64,000 nt of DNA, taken from Deltaproteobacteria bacterium CSP1-8 (GTDB taxonomy: Bacteria; Desulfobacterota; Deferrimicrobia; Deferrimicrobiales; Deferrimicrobiaceae). The stretch covers positions 3,102 through 67,101 of the forward strand of contig LDXO01000001.1 of assembly GCA_001443455.1 (NCBI GenBank). The letters run 5' to 3'. Every line of letters starts with the position of its first letter. Positions within the stretch are counted from its first letter, which is position 1. The position numbers and the translations under genes are program-made. Below, piece after piece: positions 17,613-26,606 of this stretch. Under the pieces are notes generated by a model that saw nothing but the letters and a program-made list of their open reading frames with translations, had not been told where the DNA came from and made no database searches.

Positions 17613-19642
17613 AAGAGATGTTCCTCTCCTGGTGGGACCTGGTCGTCAAGCATCGGAAGCCGCTCCTGACGGTCGGGGCGGTGGTGCTGGGGATCCTGAT
17701 CGTCATCAACGGGGCCTTCTTCGTTTCCGCCTACTTCCCCAAGTCGTGCGTCGTTTGCCATTACATGGACCCGTACTACGACCAGTGGAAGACGTCCAAG
17801 CACGCAAACGTCTCCTGCATCAAGTGCCATTCCTTCTCCCCGGTGTTCATCACGGTGACGACGCTGAAATACTGGACCGGGCTGTATCACCCGAGGCCGC
17901 ACGCCAATGTTCCCGACCGGCTGTGCCTGTCCTCCGGCTGCCACGAGGGGCGCATCGAGAAGGGGAAGGCCAAGCTGGGCAGCATCACCTTCGACCACCA
18001 GGAACACATGACGAAGCTCAAGCGCGGGGAGAAGCTGCGCTGCACGTCGTGCCACTATTCGATCGTCCAGGGAGAGCACGTCGCGGTCGACACGAACATC
18101 TGCTTCCTGTGCCACTTCAAGGGGATCAGCCAGGGGCAGGCCCTCGGCGGATGCCCGGGGTGCCACGGCACGCCCACCCGGACCGTGGACCACTCCGGCT
18201 TCCGGTTCTCCCACGAGTCCTACCTGAAGATCGGGGTGCAGTGCAAGCAGTGCCACATCCGCGTGGCGGAGGGGGACGGCCGGGTCGACGACTCCCGGTG
18301 CTACGACTGCCACGTGGGCAGGCTGGACAGGAAGACCGACCCGCTCGCCCTCCACAGGATCCACGTCACCATCAACGCGATCAAGTGCCTGAAATGCCAC
18401 GAGAAGATCCGGCACGGCGAGGTCGAGATGGTCAAGACCTTCGAGGTCCAGTGCGACGCCTGCCACAAGCGGCTCCACAACTACCAGAAGGAGATGTACA
18501 TGGGGGCCGGCGCGAGCGGCGTCCCGGACACCCCGTCGAGGATGTTCTCGGCCCAGGTGTCCTGCGACGGGTGCCACACGAAGTCCGTGGAGGTGCGCGA
18601 GTCCGGCGTCTCCTTCCCCGGCGAGAAGAAGCTCACGGCCGAGCGGAACAGCTGCGTCGCCTGCCACGGGAAGAACTACGACCGGATGCTCGACGACTGG
18701 ATCCACGCGTCCCGCATCCTCGCCGCCGACATGGGGGCGATCGTCGCCTCCGGGGAGGCGGCCGTCGGGACCGGCCCCGCGAAATCGAAGAAAGTCGGGG
18801 AGGCCCGCGCGCTGGTGGCGGATGCCCGCTCCAATCTCAACCTCCTGAAAGCCGGGCGCGGAGCCCACAACATCGAGTACGCCTACAAGATCGTGAAGGC
18901 GGGCTACGAACAGGTCTCCGCGGCGTACAAGGCCGCTGGCGTCCCCGGCGGGCCTCCCCGGCCGCCCATCCTCGCGAGCCCGTCCGCCTATTGCATGACC
19001 CTGTGCCACCAGCGGGTCAGGCCTCCGGAGAAGCTCTTCTTCCGGGAGATGGAGGTGAGCTTCCCGCACACGCTCCACGTCAAGGACGTGGGGATCCAGT
19101 GCGCCAAGTGCCACTCCCCGGACAAGCACAAGATGCGGATCGTCACCAAGTCCGAGTGCATGGCGTGCCATCACGAGTCCCGGGACATCGACTGCGGGCA
19201 GTGCCACAAGCCCCACAAGGCGCTCTACGAGGGGAAGGTGAAACCCGCCGGCGTTTCCCCGGTCCCCGACGTGATGGCCGAGGCGGGCCTGAAATGCGTC
19301 GACTGCCACGAGCTGAAAAAGGGGGCGCAGACGGTCCTCACCGTGAAGTCCAAGTGCGAGGAGTGCCACAGCGCCAAGTACGGGAAGATGCTCCTCTCCT
19401 GGAAGGAGGAGATCACCGCGAAGGAGAATGCCATCTCGGTGTCGCTCGAGGAGGCGAGGGAATACCTGGAGCGCAGCAGAAAGATCGGGAAGAACGTCGA
19501 TGAGGACATGAAGCTTTTCCAGGGGGCCGAGACGAACTATCAGATCGTCAGCAACGGGCGGGGGACCCACAATTACGCCTTGAGCCGGGATCTCCTGAAA
19601 TCGGCGCAGAGTTCCCTGGACAGGATCCTGAAGAAGAAGTGA
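17609..19642 (+). CDS. NapC/NirT-like membrane-anchored 18-heme cytochrome c
   Basis: ATGA overlap with the upstream gene. N-terminal TM 'LLTVGAVVLGILIVINGAFFV', then 16 canonical CxxCH motifs plus a variant CX4CH ('CLSSGCH') and CX3CH ('CMTLCH'). The NapC/NirT-type first motifs are 'CVVCH...CIKCH'. Confidence 0.8.
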   Translation: MKEMFLSWWDLVVKHRKPLLTVGAVVLGILIVINGAFFVSAYFPKSCVVCHYMDPYYDQWKTSKHANVSCIKCHSFSPVFITVTTLKYWTGLYHPRPHANVPDRLCLSSGCHEGRIEKGKAKLGSITFDHQEHMTKLKRGEKLRCTSCHYSIVQGEHVAVDTNICFLCHFKGISQGQALGGCPGCHGTPTRTVDHSGFRFSHESYLKIGVQCKQCHIRVAEGDGRVDDSRCYDCHVGRLDRKTDPLALHRIHVTINAIKCLKCHEKIRHGEVEMVKTFEVQCDACHKRLHNYQKEMYMGAGASGVPDTPSRMFSAQVSCDGCHTKSVEVRESGVSFPGEKKLTAERNSCVACHGKNYDRMLDDWIHASRILAADMGAIVASGEAAVGTGPAKSKKVGEARALVADARSNLNLLKAGRGAHNIEYAYKIVKAGYEQVSAAYKAAGVPGGPPRPPILASPSAYCMTLCHQRVRPPEKLFFREMEVSFPHTLHVKDVGIQCAKCHSPDKHKMRIVTKSECMACHHESRDIDCGQCHKPHKALYEGKVKPAGVSPVPDVMAEAGLKCVDCHELKKGAQTVLTVKSKCEECHSAKYGKMLLSWKEEITAKENAISVSLEEAREYLERSRKIGKNVDEDMKLFQGAETNYQIVSNGRGTHNYALSRDLLKSAQSSLDRILKKK

Positions 19643-19652
19643 CCGGGAAACC

Positions 19653-19666
19653 ATAACCCCCGGGGG
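19653..19666. terminator. Perfect 14-bp GC palindrome AACCCCCGGGGGTT between the two convergent cytochrome operons (candidate bidirectional terminator)
   Basis: Sits in the 48-bp gap between the stops at 19642 (+) and 19691 (-). There is no good U-tract, so it could equally be a protein-binding site. Confidence 0.3.
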
Positions 19667-19690
19667 TTGCCGTTCGTCCCGTACGGGGGG

Positions 19691-21289
19691 CTACCGCTTC
19701 CCGCCTTGCCCCGCCTCTCCGTCTTCCGCTTTCCTGCCTCCTTTCCCGGCCCCACTGCCGGAGAACGCCGAAAGAGCCGTTTCGGCGTCCACCCGCGCCT
19801 TTCCGAGCACCTCGGTGGCGTACTCCACGTTGTGAATCCCCTTCCCGTAGAGGATGAAGAGGTAGTTGTACTCGGCGTCCCGTGCCTGCGCAACGGCCTT
19901 CCGGTTCTCCATGCGGGAGGCGTCGGCGGATCGAAGCAGGTCACGGGCCTTCTCCACGACGGGCTTCGTCTTGGCGAGAGCGCTTTTTACCTCCTCCCGC
20001 CAGCTCCCCATCACCCCCTTGTAGTCCTGGCCGTGGCACCCGAGGCAGGCGGCCTCGGAGGCCTGGAACGTCTGGCCGAGGAACGCCACCGTGGATTCCG
20101 CCGTTTTCGGCACGAGGTGACACCCGACGCAGTCCACGTTGGCCACGAACATCGGGCTTGGCCTGTTGGGGACTCCCCGGGCGCCGATCCCCATGTAGAT
20201 CTGCTTCTGGATGTTGTGCTTCTTCTCGTGGCAGACCGTGCAGTCGTATTGCAGGGGCTCGACCGTCGTCTTGACCGCGTGCCGGATCTCCTCGTGGCAG
20301 TGCGTGCACTCGATCTTGTGGTCGGTCACGTGGTTCCTGTGCATGAAGTCGGTGTCGGCGTAGCGAGCGAGCCGGGACGGCTCGTTGTGGCACTGGAGGC
20401 AACGGTCCTTCTTCGCCTCCCCTTCCCCCTGGATCGCCTCGAGATGGCAGTTCTGGCACGCCACGTGGCGCGTTCCCACGAACTCCTTGTGGTTGAAGCT
20501 CGCGTTCCCTACCTTGATGTCCCCTTCCGGGGCGGCGTGGCAGTTTCCGCATCCCCCGATCGGGTTCTCGACGCGCCCGATCTTGGTTCCCTTGAAGTGA
20601 CACAGGAAGCAGGTGCTCTCGGTGACTTCCATGTGGTTCCCCACGACGATCTGGCTGTGACAACTCGTGCACCGGAGCTTCTTCCCTCGCTTGAGGTCCA
20701 CCAGGTGCGGCCGGTGGTCGAACTTGATCCCGCGCTTGAACGTGACCTGTCCCTGGAGGAGCCGGGTTTCGTGGCATCCCATCCGCAGGCAGGAGGCGTC
20801 GTCGATCTCGGCGTACGGCTTGGAGCTGTAGGTGCGGGTAACGTACTTGGCGACCTGCGAGAGCGCCTGGAATTTCAGAATCAGTTTCTCCCGCACCTCC
20901 GGCGGGTAATGACAGTCCACGCACGGCACGTGGTTGTGGCTGGAGGTCTTCCACGCCTGGTAATACGGCTTCATGATGTGGCAGCTGGCGCAAAAGTACG
21001 GGCTGGTCGAGAACTCGAACATCCCCGCGGAGAAGATGAGGAAAAGAACGCCGAGGAATCCGAGGAACTTGAAGAACCGGGGCTTAAGGTGGAGCCTGTC
21101 CTCCTTACCCTCGGGGATGTGCATCCCGAACTTTTCCATGACCCGCTTCTTGCGGGTTTTCTCATGGCTGGCGGGAGCCCCGGACCCTTTCTGCGGTTCG
21201 TCCATGGCCTGTCCCTTCCTTGCCGGGAATCGTTCCTGCAACCAGCATGCAAAGTCGGTATTGTATCCGCGGCACCCCGCGGAGTTCAA
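19691..21289 (-). CDS. NapC/NirT-like membrane-anchored 12-heme cytochrome c (inverted paralog of the N-terminal two-thirds of 17609..19642)
   Basis: Start overlaps the upstream stop as ATGA. TM 'FLGFLGVLFLIFSAGMF'. 11 CxxCH motifs plus the variant 'CLRMGCH'. Clear paralogy, e.g. 'LRCTSCHSQIVVGNHMEVTESTCFLCHFKG' vs 'LRCTSCHYSIVQGEHVAVDTNICFLCHFKG'. Confidence 0.8.
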   Translation of the reverse strand: MNSAGCRGYNTDFACWLQERFPARKGQAMDEPQKGSGAPASHEKTRKKRVMEKFGMHIPEGKEDRLHLKPRFFKFLGFLGVLFLIFSAGMFEFSTSPYFCASCHIMKPYYQAWKTSSHNHVPCVDCHYPPEVREKLILKFQALSQVAKYVTRTYSSKPYAEIDDASCLRMGCHETRLLQGQVTFKRGIKFDHRPHLVDLKRGKKLRCTSCHSQIVVGNHMEVTESTCFLCHFKGTKIGRVENPIGGCGNCHAAPEGDIKVGNASFNHKEFVGTRHVACQNCHLEAIQGEGEAKKDRCLQCHNEPSRLARYADTDFMHRNHVTDHKIECTHCHEEIRHAVKTTVEPLQYDCTVCHEKKHNIQKQIYMGIGARGVPNRPSPMFVANVDCVGCHLVPKTAESTVAFLGQTFQASEAACLGCHGQDYKGVMGSWREEVKSALAKTKPVVEKARDLLRSADASRMENRKAVAQARDAEYNYLFILYGKGIHNVEYATEVLGKARVDAETALSAFSGSGAGKGGRKAEDGEAGQGGKR

Positions 21290-22560
21290 CCTGTATTCAC
21301 GTCTCCCGCGCGGGGGTGTTTCGGGAGGAGGGCGAGCTTGACTCCCAGCAGGGCGGCGATCAGGAGGAGCATCGTCACGGAATACACGGCCACCGATCTG
21401 CGCTGGCGCTGTTCGTCCCGGAAGTTCCCGATCTCCTGCCGGGCCTCCCGGAGGAAGGAGTCGGACTCGTGGATCAGGGGGAGAACGCGGTCGAGGGAGA
21501 AGGTGTGGAACACCGGCTCGACCTCGGTCAGCCTGTTGCGGGCGTTTTCATGGGCCTCCTTCAGCTTGTCCACGTTCCGGCCGGCCGCCGTCGCCGCGTC
21601 GAGTTCCTTCTGGTATTCCGCGACTCCTTCCTCCAGCGCCCCCAGCAGATCACGGACGTTTTCGGCGAACTGGAGCGGCTTGCTCCCCTTTTCGTGGCAG
21701 AATCCGCATTCCCCCGGCCCCGACCCCGAAAAGACCCTGATGGTCGGTCTGCGGTTGGAGTGGTTCCCGTGGCAGGTGATGCACTTCGGCTCCCCGATTT
21801 CCCGGGCCGCGGCGAAGTGGGCGCTTTCCCGGAAGTATCCGGCCACGACGGCGTGGCAGCCTCCGCATACGTTGGCGACCTCCCCGACCCCCGGGGGCGC
21901 GGCGCCGTGCACCCCGTGGCAGGTGGCGCAGTTGGGGGCGAGAGTCGGGTTCTCCCGCCGGATTTTCCCGGCCAGGATCCGGCCGTGGATCCCGTTCTCG
22001 AAGTTCTCCCGCTGGTCCGTGGGGATGCCGTACGGCTTCATGTAGGCCGGGTCCGCGTGGCATGCTCCGCACATCCGGGGGACGTTCGTGCGGTAGACGG
22101 TCGACTCCGGGTCCGACTTCCGGCGGATCTCGTGCCGGCCGTGACAGGAGGTGCATACGGCGACCCGGGTGTCGTCCCTCTCGTACAGGAGCCTGCCGTG
22201 CCGGCTCGTCCGGTACTCGGCGAGCTGGTCGGTCCGCAGGTTGTACTGCCGCATCATGGCGACGTCCGAATGGCAGCGGGCGCAAAACCGGGGGATGTCC
22301 CGGGTCGCCGGTTTCCCGCGGAATCCGTACCGGCGGTCCATCCCCTCCTCGGTGGGCAAGGACGGATTGCCGCCGTGGCACGTCACGCAGGCAACCCCCG
22401 CCTCGCGGTGCACGCTCCCGATGTGCTCCTTGGCCGGCGCGCCGAGCTTCCCCCCGAGCCGGTTGTGGCAGGCGAAGCACTGGTCGACCTTTTCCTGGAC
22501 GGCGGCGGCGGGGGAGGCGAACAGGGTTGCGAAAAGGGCGAGCGCGGCCGCACCGGCCAT
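21286..22560 (-). CDS. Periplasmic 9-heme cytochrome c with C-terminal TM anchor
   Basis: True start 'MAGAAALALFATLFASPAAA' (ATG 22560, signal peptide). The long N-terminal extension in the ORF track was rejected. 9 CxxCH motifs (CFACH, CVTCH, CARCH, CTSCH, CGACH, CATCH, CGGCH, CITCH, CGFCH). C-terminal TM 'VAVYSVTMLLLIAALLGV'. Confidence 0.75.
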   Translation of the reverse strand: MAGAAALALFATLFASPAAAVQEKVDQCFACHNRLGGKLGAPAKEHIGSVHREAGVACVTCHGGNPSLPTEEGMDRRYGFRGKPATRDIPRFCARCHSDVAMMRQYNLRTDQLAEYRTSRHGRLLYERDDTRVAVCTSCHGRHEIRRKSDPESTVYRTNVPRMCGACHADPAYMKPYGIPTDQRENFENGIHGRILAGKIRRENPTLAPNCATCHGVHGAAPPGVGEVANVCGGCHAVVAGYFRESAHFAAAREIGEPKCITCHGNHSNRRPTIRVFSGSGPGECGFCHEKGSKPLQFAENVRDLLGALEEGVAEYQKELDAATAAGRNVDKLKEAHENARNRLTEVEPVFHTFSLDRVLPLIHESDSFLREARQEIGNFRDEQRQRRSVAVYSVTMLLLIAALLGVKLALLPKHPRAGDVNTG

Positions 22561-22595
22561 CCTCGCGGCGGATCCCGCGGGGCTCCCCGCCCGGG

Positions 22596-23030
22596 TCAAG
22601 AGAAGTACCCCCAGATCGTCATGATCAGGAAGAAGAAGACAAAGGCGATCCCGGCCCGGATGGCGGTCGGCCGCCGGTACGGGTGACGCTCGGGGTTCCG
22701 GTCCCAGAACGGCAGGAACCAGATCACCATCGCCCCGAGTCCCTGCGCGAGGATTCCGATGACCTTCGGCGCCCACGGTCCCAGAAACCCCAGTTTCTCG
22801 GACACCTTCAGGAACTGGTACGCGCCGAGGAAGTACCACGCGGGCTTCACGTATTCCGGGGTGTCGAACGGGTCCGCCTTGGGCAGCATCGGCGCCGGCA
22901 CCAGGGAGGAGAGGAGGATGAGGAGGGCGAAGAGCAGCACGAACTGGATCGACTGGCGGATGACGTGATTCGGGAAAAACGGCTCGCTTCCGTACCTGTC
23001 GTATCGTTCGCGCGGTTCCGGCTGCGCCAT
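22596..23030 (-). CDS. Cytochrome b6f subunit IV-like protein (cytochrome b C-terminal domain, split form)
   Basis: 144 aa, 3 TM helices. 'PFFPNHVIRQ' and 'PEWY'-region-like 'PEYVKPAWYFLGAYQFLK' are typical of PetD / cytochrome b C-terminal halves. Confidence 0.7.
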   Translation of the reverse strand: MAQPEPRERYDRYGSEPFFPNHVIRQSIQFVLLFALLILLSSLVPAPMLPKADPFDTPEYVKPAWYFLGAYQFLKVSEKLGFLGPWAPKVIGILAQGLGAMVIWFLPFWDRNPERHPYRRPTAIRAGIAFVFFFLIMTIWGYFS

Positions 23031-23039
23031 TTCTTCCTC

Positions 23040-23798
23040 CTACAGCGGGTCGGCGATTCCCTGCCGCCGGATCATGAGGAAGTGGAGGACCATGAACAGA
23101 AGCATCAGTGCCGGGAGGATCACCACGTGGAAGGCGAAGGTCCGGGTCAGGGCGAGCTGGCCGACCACGTCCCCTCCGCGCACGAGGTATTTCAGCGTGT
23201 CGCCCACGACCGGGATCGCCGACATGCTGTCCGTTCCGACCGTCGTGGCCCAGTAGGAGATCTGGTTCCACGGCAGCAGGTAGCCGCTGAACCCGAAGGC
23301 GAACGTGAACAGGAGCAGCATCATCCCGTTGACCCAGGTGACGTCCCGCGGAGGCCGATAGGCGGCCGTGAAGAAGACCCGCATCATGTGCAGGAGGACC
23401 GTCACGATCATCAGGTTGGCCGCCCAGAAGTGGATCCCGCGGATGAGCCACCCGTAGGGGACCCGGTTCGTGATCTCGACGACGCTGCTGTACGCCTCGG
23501 CCGTCGTGGGGCGGTAATACAATAGAAGGAGGATTCCCGTTCCCAGGAGAAAGAGATAGAGGAGGAACGCGATCCCCCCGAGGCAGGCCAGCAGGTTGCT
23601 CTCGAGCTTCGTCCGGTAGAAGCAGACCGGCTTCTCGAACTGCTTCCGTACCGCCTCGCGGAAAGGGAGCTCCTCGTCGAGCGCCCCGTAGAGGAATCCC
23701 ACCAGGGAAAAGAGGTTGACGATCTCCGTGAAGACGGTGCGCTTCTCGAACTCCTGCCGGGCCCGGTGCCGGGCGTCCCTGTCTCTTTCTTCCGTCAT
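23040..23798 (-). CDS. Cytochrome b6-like protein (cytochrome b N-terminal dihaem domain)
   Basis: Start 'MTEERDRDA' (ATG 23798). Four heme-ligand His in the classic positions ('GIHFWAAN', 'LLHMMRVF', 'FAFHVVIL', 'MVLHFLMIRRQG'). No Rieske gene lies adjacent. Confidence 0.75.
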   Translation of the reverse strand: MTEERDRDARHRARQEFEKRTVFTEIVNLFSLVGFLYGALDEELPFREAVRKQFEKPVCFYRTKLESNLLACLGGIAFLLYLFLLGTGILLLLYYRPTTAEAYSSVVEITNRVPYGWLIRGIHFWAANLMIVTVLLHMMRVFFTAAYRPPRDVTWVNGMMLLLFTFAFGFSGYLLPWNQISYWATTVGTDSMSAIPVVGDTLKYLVRGGDVVGQLALTRTFAFHVVILPALMLLFMVLHFLMIRRQGIADPL

Positions 23799-23820
23799 CT
23801 CCTTCGCTCCGGTGCCCGCC

Positions 23821-24312
23821 CTAGTGCACCGTCTCGCAAATCCCTTGGCATTCGATCGCCGCTGCAGGGGGCCGGTCCCCGGAAGGGTTTCGTCGCGAGA
23901 CAAGGGAGACCCGAGGCGAGGCGGGCAAGCGCAGGAGCGAGTGCGGAGGCGTACGGTCAGTACGCCGCACAAGCGAGCGACGAGCACGCCCGACGCAGCC
24001 CGGGGATCGCTTGTCGCAGCAGAAAAGGCAGCCCTGTTGGCGACCGGCGCCTGCGGCGAGGGAACGCACCGCCAGACCTTTGTCGGACTCCCTGCGCCCG
24101 GCTCGGCGTACCGCCAGTACGCCTGCGCCGTGCTCGGTCGTCCTTCGCGGTCTGACGGCGCATCCGCTTCGCCTCGGCTGCCGACCCTTCCGGGGACAGG
24201 CCCCTCGCTCCCGCTTCGTTGCGCTTCTTCACCATACTCAACGGTATGCCTCAGTCGCGCGCCTTGCTGGCGCGGCGCATCGACGCTCTCGGTGCGTCAA
24301 GCTATTTACGAG
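23821..24312. repeat. ~490-bp MITE-like element bounded by inverted terminal repeats of the T motif
   Basis: Left end 'GTGCACCGTCTCGCAAATCCC', right end 'CTATTTACGAGACGGTGCAC'. Internal inverted repeats 'gcgtacggtcagtacgcc' / 'ggcgtaccgccagtacgcc'. The interior is shared with 3961-4190 (opposite orientation). Confidence 0.65.
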
Positions 24313-26506
24313 ACGGTGCACCAGGGCGGCATTTCGACGGGCTTTCCCCTTCGGTGCCAGAAATGAAAAACTCGTGCACCGTGGGGGAACCGGTCACGTC
24401 CCATGTCCCCTTGACCCGGTTCGTCCCCTCCGAGAAGACCAGGTAACTGTATTTCCCGTAATGGGGGATCTTGCGGGCCGCCATCGCGGCGGCCTCCGGC
24501 GACAGGGGCAGGAAGAGGGCCGCGACCCGGTCCTTGTCCGACGGGTGGGGCAGGACGACGAAGAGGGAGTCTTCCCGCGAGCCGTATTCCGTCCCCCCGA
24601 TCACGAACCCCTTCGGGGACACCGAGAGTTCCCGGGGCAGGGCGGGCAGATACTTCTTCCCTCCCGGCAGGCCCAGGTAGAGCACGTCGCGTCCGGCCAG
24701 CCGGGAAGGGGGCGTATCCTCTTCCCGGAGGATCCCGATCTTCTCCTTCCCCATGGCGGCGAGGAGGACGTTCGAGGCCTCCAATATGTCGGCGGGGAGA
24801 CCGCGCGCGGCCACGACCAGGAGGTCCGCCGATCCCCGGATCCCATTGACGGAAGGGGGGATCTCGGTTGCGTCGAGTCGGCGGAACAGATCCACGTCGG
24901 GGTCGACGATCAAGCGAAGGGGGCGGGACGCAGACGCCATGGCGAAACGGGCCTCCTTCCCGGAAACTTTTATCATGGTATCTGTTTTTCCGTCTTCGGC
25001 GATGAGGCGAAGGGGAACGCTCAGGGTGTAGTACGGCTTTTCCTGCGTGACTTTTCCGGACACCCGCCACCCCTTCCCCGCCCGGTCCGCCCTGACCCCT
25101 TTGAGGGCGATGACAGGGGCGCCGGGGCGGTCGACCCACTGCCGGAAGAGGGGGGCGAAATCGGTGCCGGAGTTCTTTCCGAGCGCCCGGGCGAAGTCGT
25201 CCCATGACGCTTCCTGGAACATCTTCTCCCGGACCACGTCCTTCAGGCCCTTCCAGAACGCCTCGTCACCGGCCAGACGCCTGGCCATGTGAAAGACCAT
25301 CGCCCCTTTTCCGTACCCGACGGCACTCGACGCGGGGTTGTCCCGTCCAGCGAACGAGGCCAGGGGAAAGTCGCTCCCCAACAGGACGAGGGCACTGTAG
25401 TCCCGCAGGATCTTGAGACGGTACTCCCGCCCTTCCTCGGATGAGGACCTTTCCTTGTACAGGTAGTCGGCGACGTAGGTGGTAAGCCCCTCGGACCAGT
25501 TCCCCCGACCATGGTCGACGTGGACCCCGTTTCCCCACCAGGAGTGCGCCACCTCATGACCCAGGCTGGTGTCGAGGATGAAGGGGAGTCGCACGACGGA
25601 GGATCCGAGCAGCGTGTAGGAGGGAAAGCCGTACCCCGTGGGGAAGAAATTCTCCACCACGGCGAACTTCTCGAACGGGTAGGGCCCGAACAGCTTCCGG
25701 TAAAGGTCGAGATACCTGGCGACCGCCTGGATATATTTTTCCGAAAGCGCGTCGGTCTCCGGATAAAAGTAGGTGAAGATCCTCGTCGCCCCGGAAGATC
25801 CCTCCCGGACCCGGTAGGGGCCCGCCGAGAGGGACAGGCCTTCCAAAGGATCCCGGGTCTCCCATTCCGACCTCGTTTCGCCTCCTGACGTCTCCCGCCG
25901 GACGGGCCTTCCCGCCGCCACCGCCTCGTACCCTGCCGGCCCTTCAACACGCAGTCGGAAGGTCGGTCGGCTCCCGGGGATCTCGGGGTACCAGCCGGCC
26001 CCGCTGCTCAGGAAAGTTCCCTTATTCCGGATGGTCCCCCGGACCCCGTAGCCCGGGTCTTCGCTGTTCACGGGGTCTTCGGGGACCGGATCGTGAAACG
26101 TTCCGAAGTACGAGATGGTCAGGGACCAATCGGCGCTGCCGGCCAGGTCCTGGGGGACGTCGACGCGGACAACTCCCCCGGCGCTTGAGAAAGGGATCTT
26201 CCACCCCCCCGCGGTGACGGAATCCACGGCCGCCCCGGCAGACAAGGAGAAAACAAGGAAGGAATCCCCGGCGGGTCGTATCGTGAGCGTGTCTTTTCCG
26301 GCGAGGGAGTGGTTTTGAGGGTCAAGCCTAACCGTCAGGTCGTGATGCACGACCGCCGGCTGTCCGAATGCCCGTGCCGCCGATAACAGCAGGAGGACCG
26401 CGAGGAGGGAGGCGACGCGACGGAAGGAGGCGGCGCAACCGTTGCCCGCCCGGCACCGGATCGATCTGGCCGGGCCGGCATGTGCCGTCTTCGGGAATCC
26501 CGCCAT
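24302..26506 (-). CDS. M1-family zinc aminopeptidase (secreted)
   Basis: Zinc motif 'GHEVAHSWWGN' with a downstream Glu, and a GAMEN-like region. Start chosen at 'MAGFPKTAHAG' (ATG 26506), upstream of signal peptide 'ASLLAVLLLLSAARAFG'. Confidence 0.7.
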   Translation of the reverse strand: MAGFPKTAHAGPARSIRCRAGNGCAASFRRVASLLAVLLLLSAARAFGQPAVVHHDLTVRLDPQNHSLAGKDTLTIRPAGDSFLVFSLSAGAAVDSVTAGGWKIPFSSAGGVVRVDVPQDLAGSADWSLTISYFGTFHDPVPEDPVNSEDPGYGVRGTIRNKGTFLSSGAGWYPEIPGSRPTFRLRVEGPAGYEAVAAGRPVRRETSGGETRSEWETRDPLEGLSLSAGPYRVREGSSGATRIFTYFYPETDALSEKYIQAVARYLDLYRKLFGPYPFEKFAVVENFFPTGYGFPSYTLLGSSVVRLPFILDTSLGHEVAHSWWGNGVHVDHGRGNWSEGLTTYVADYLYKERSSSEEGREYRLKILRDYSALVLLGSDFPLASFAGRDNPASSAVGYGKGAMVFHMARRLAGDEAFWKGLKDVVREKMFQEASWDDFARALGKNSGTDFAPLFRQWVDRPGAPVIALKGVRADRAGKGWRVSGKVTQEKPYYTLSVPLRLIAEDGKTDTMIKVSGKEARFAMASASRPLRLIVDPDVDLFRRLDATEIPPSVNGIRGSADLLVVAARGLPADILEASNVLLAAMGKEKIGILREEDTPPSRLAGRDVLYLGLPGGKKYLPALPRELSVSPKGFVIGGTEYGSREDSLFVVLPHPSDKDRVAALFLPLSPEAAAMAARKIPHYGKYSYLVFSEGTNRVKGTWDVTGSPTVHEFFISGTEGESPSKCRPGAPSRK

Positions 26507-26606
26507 GATACCCGTTAGAATACAGACTCTTCCCGGACGATTCCCGTCTTTCCGCGGCCATATTTCCTGATCACGAATCGTAGGGAATTTTTCACGCACC
26601 TAACGC

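Noticed and set aside
21286-23451. 721-aa reading of the 9-heme cytochrome gene with a ~300-aa N-terminal extension
   Set aside because: The extension overlaps the subunit-IV and b6-like genes in another frame and is low complexity. The genuine start is the Met before the signal peptide, at 22560.
23799-24301. Rieske iron-sulfur protein gene upstream of the b6-like gene
   Set aside because: The region is occupied by a TIR-bounded repeat element with no ORF carrying CxH...CxxH Rieske motifs.
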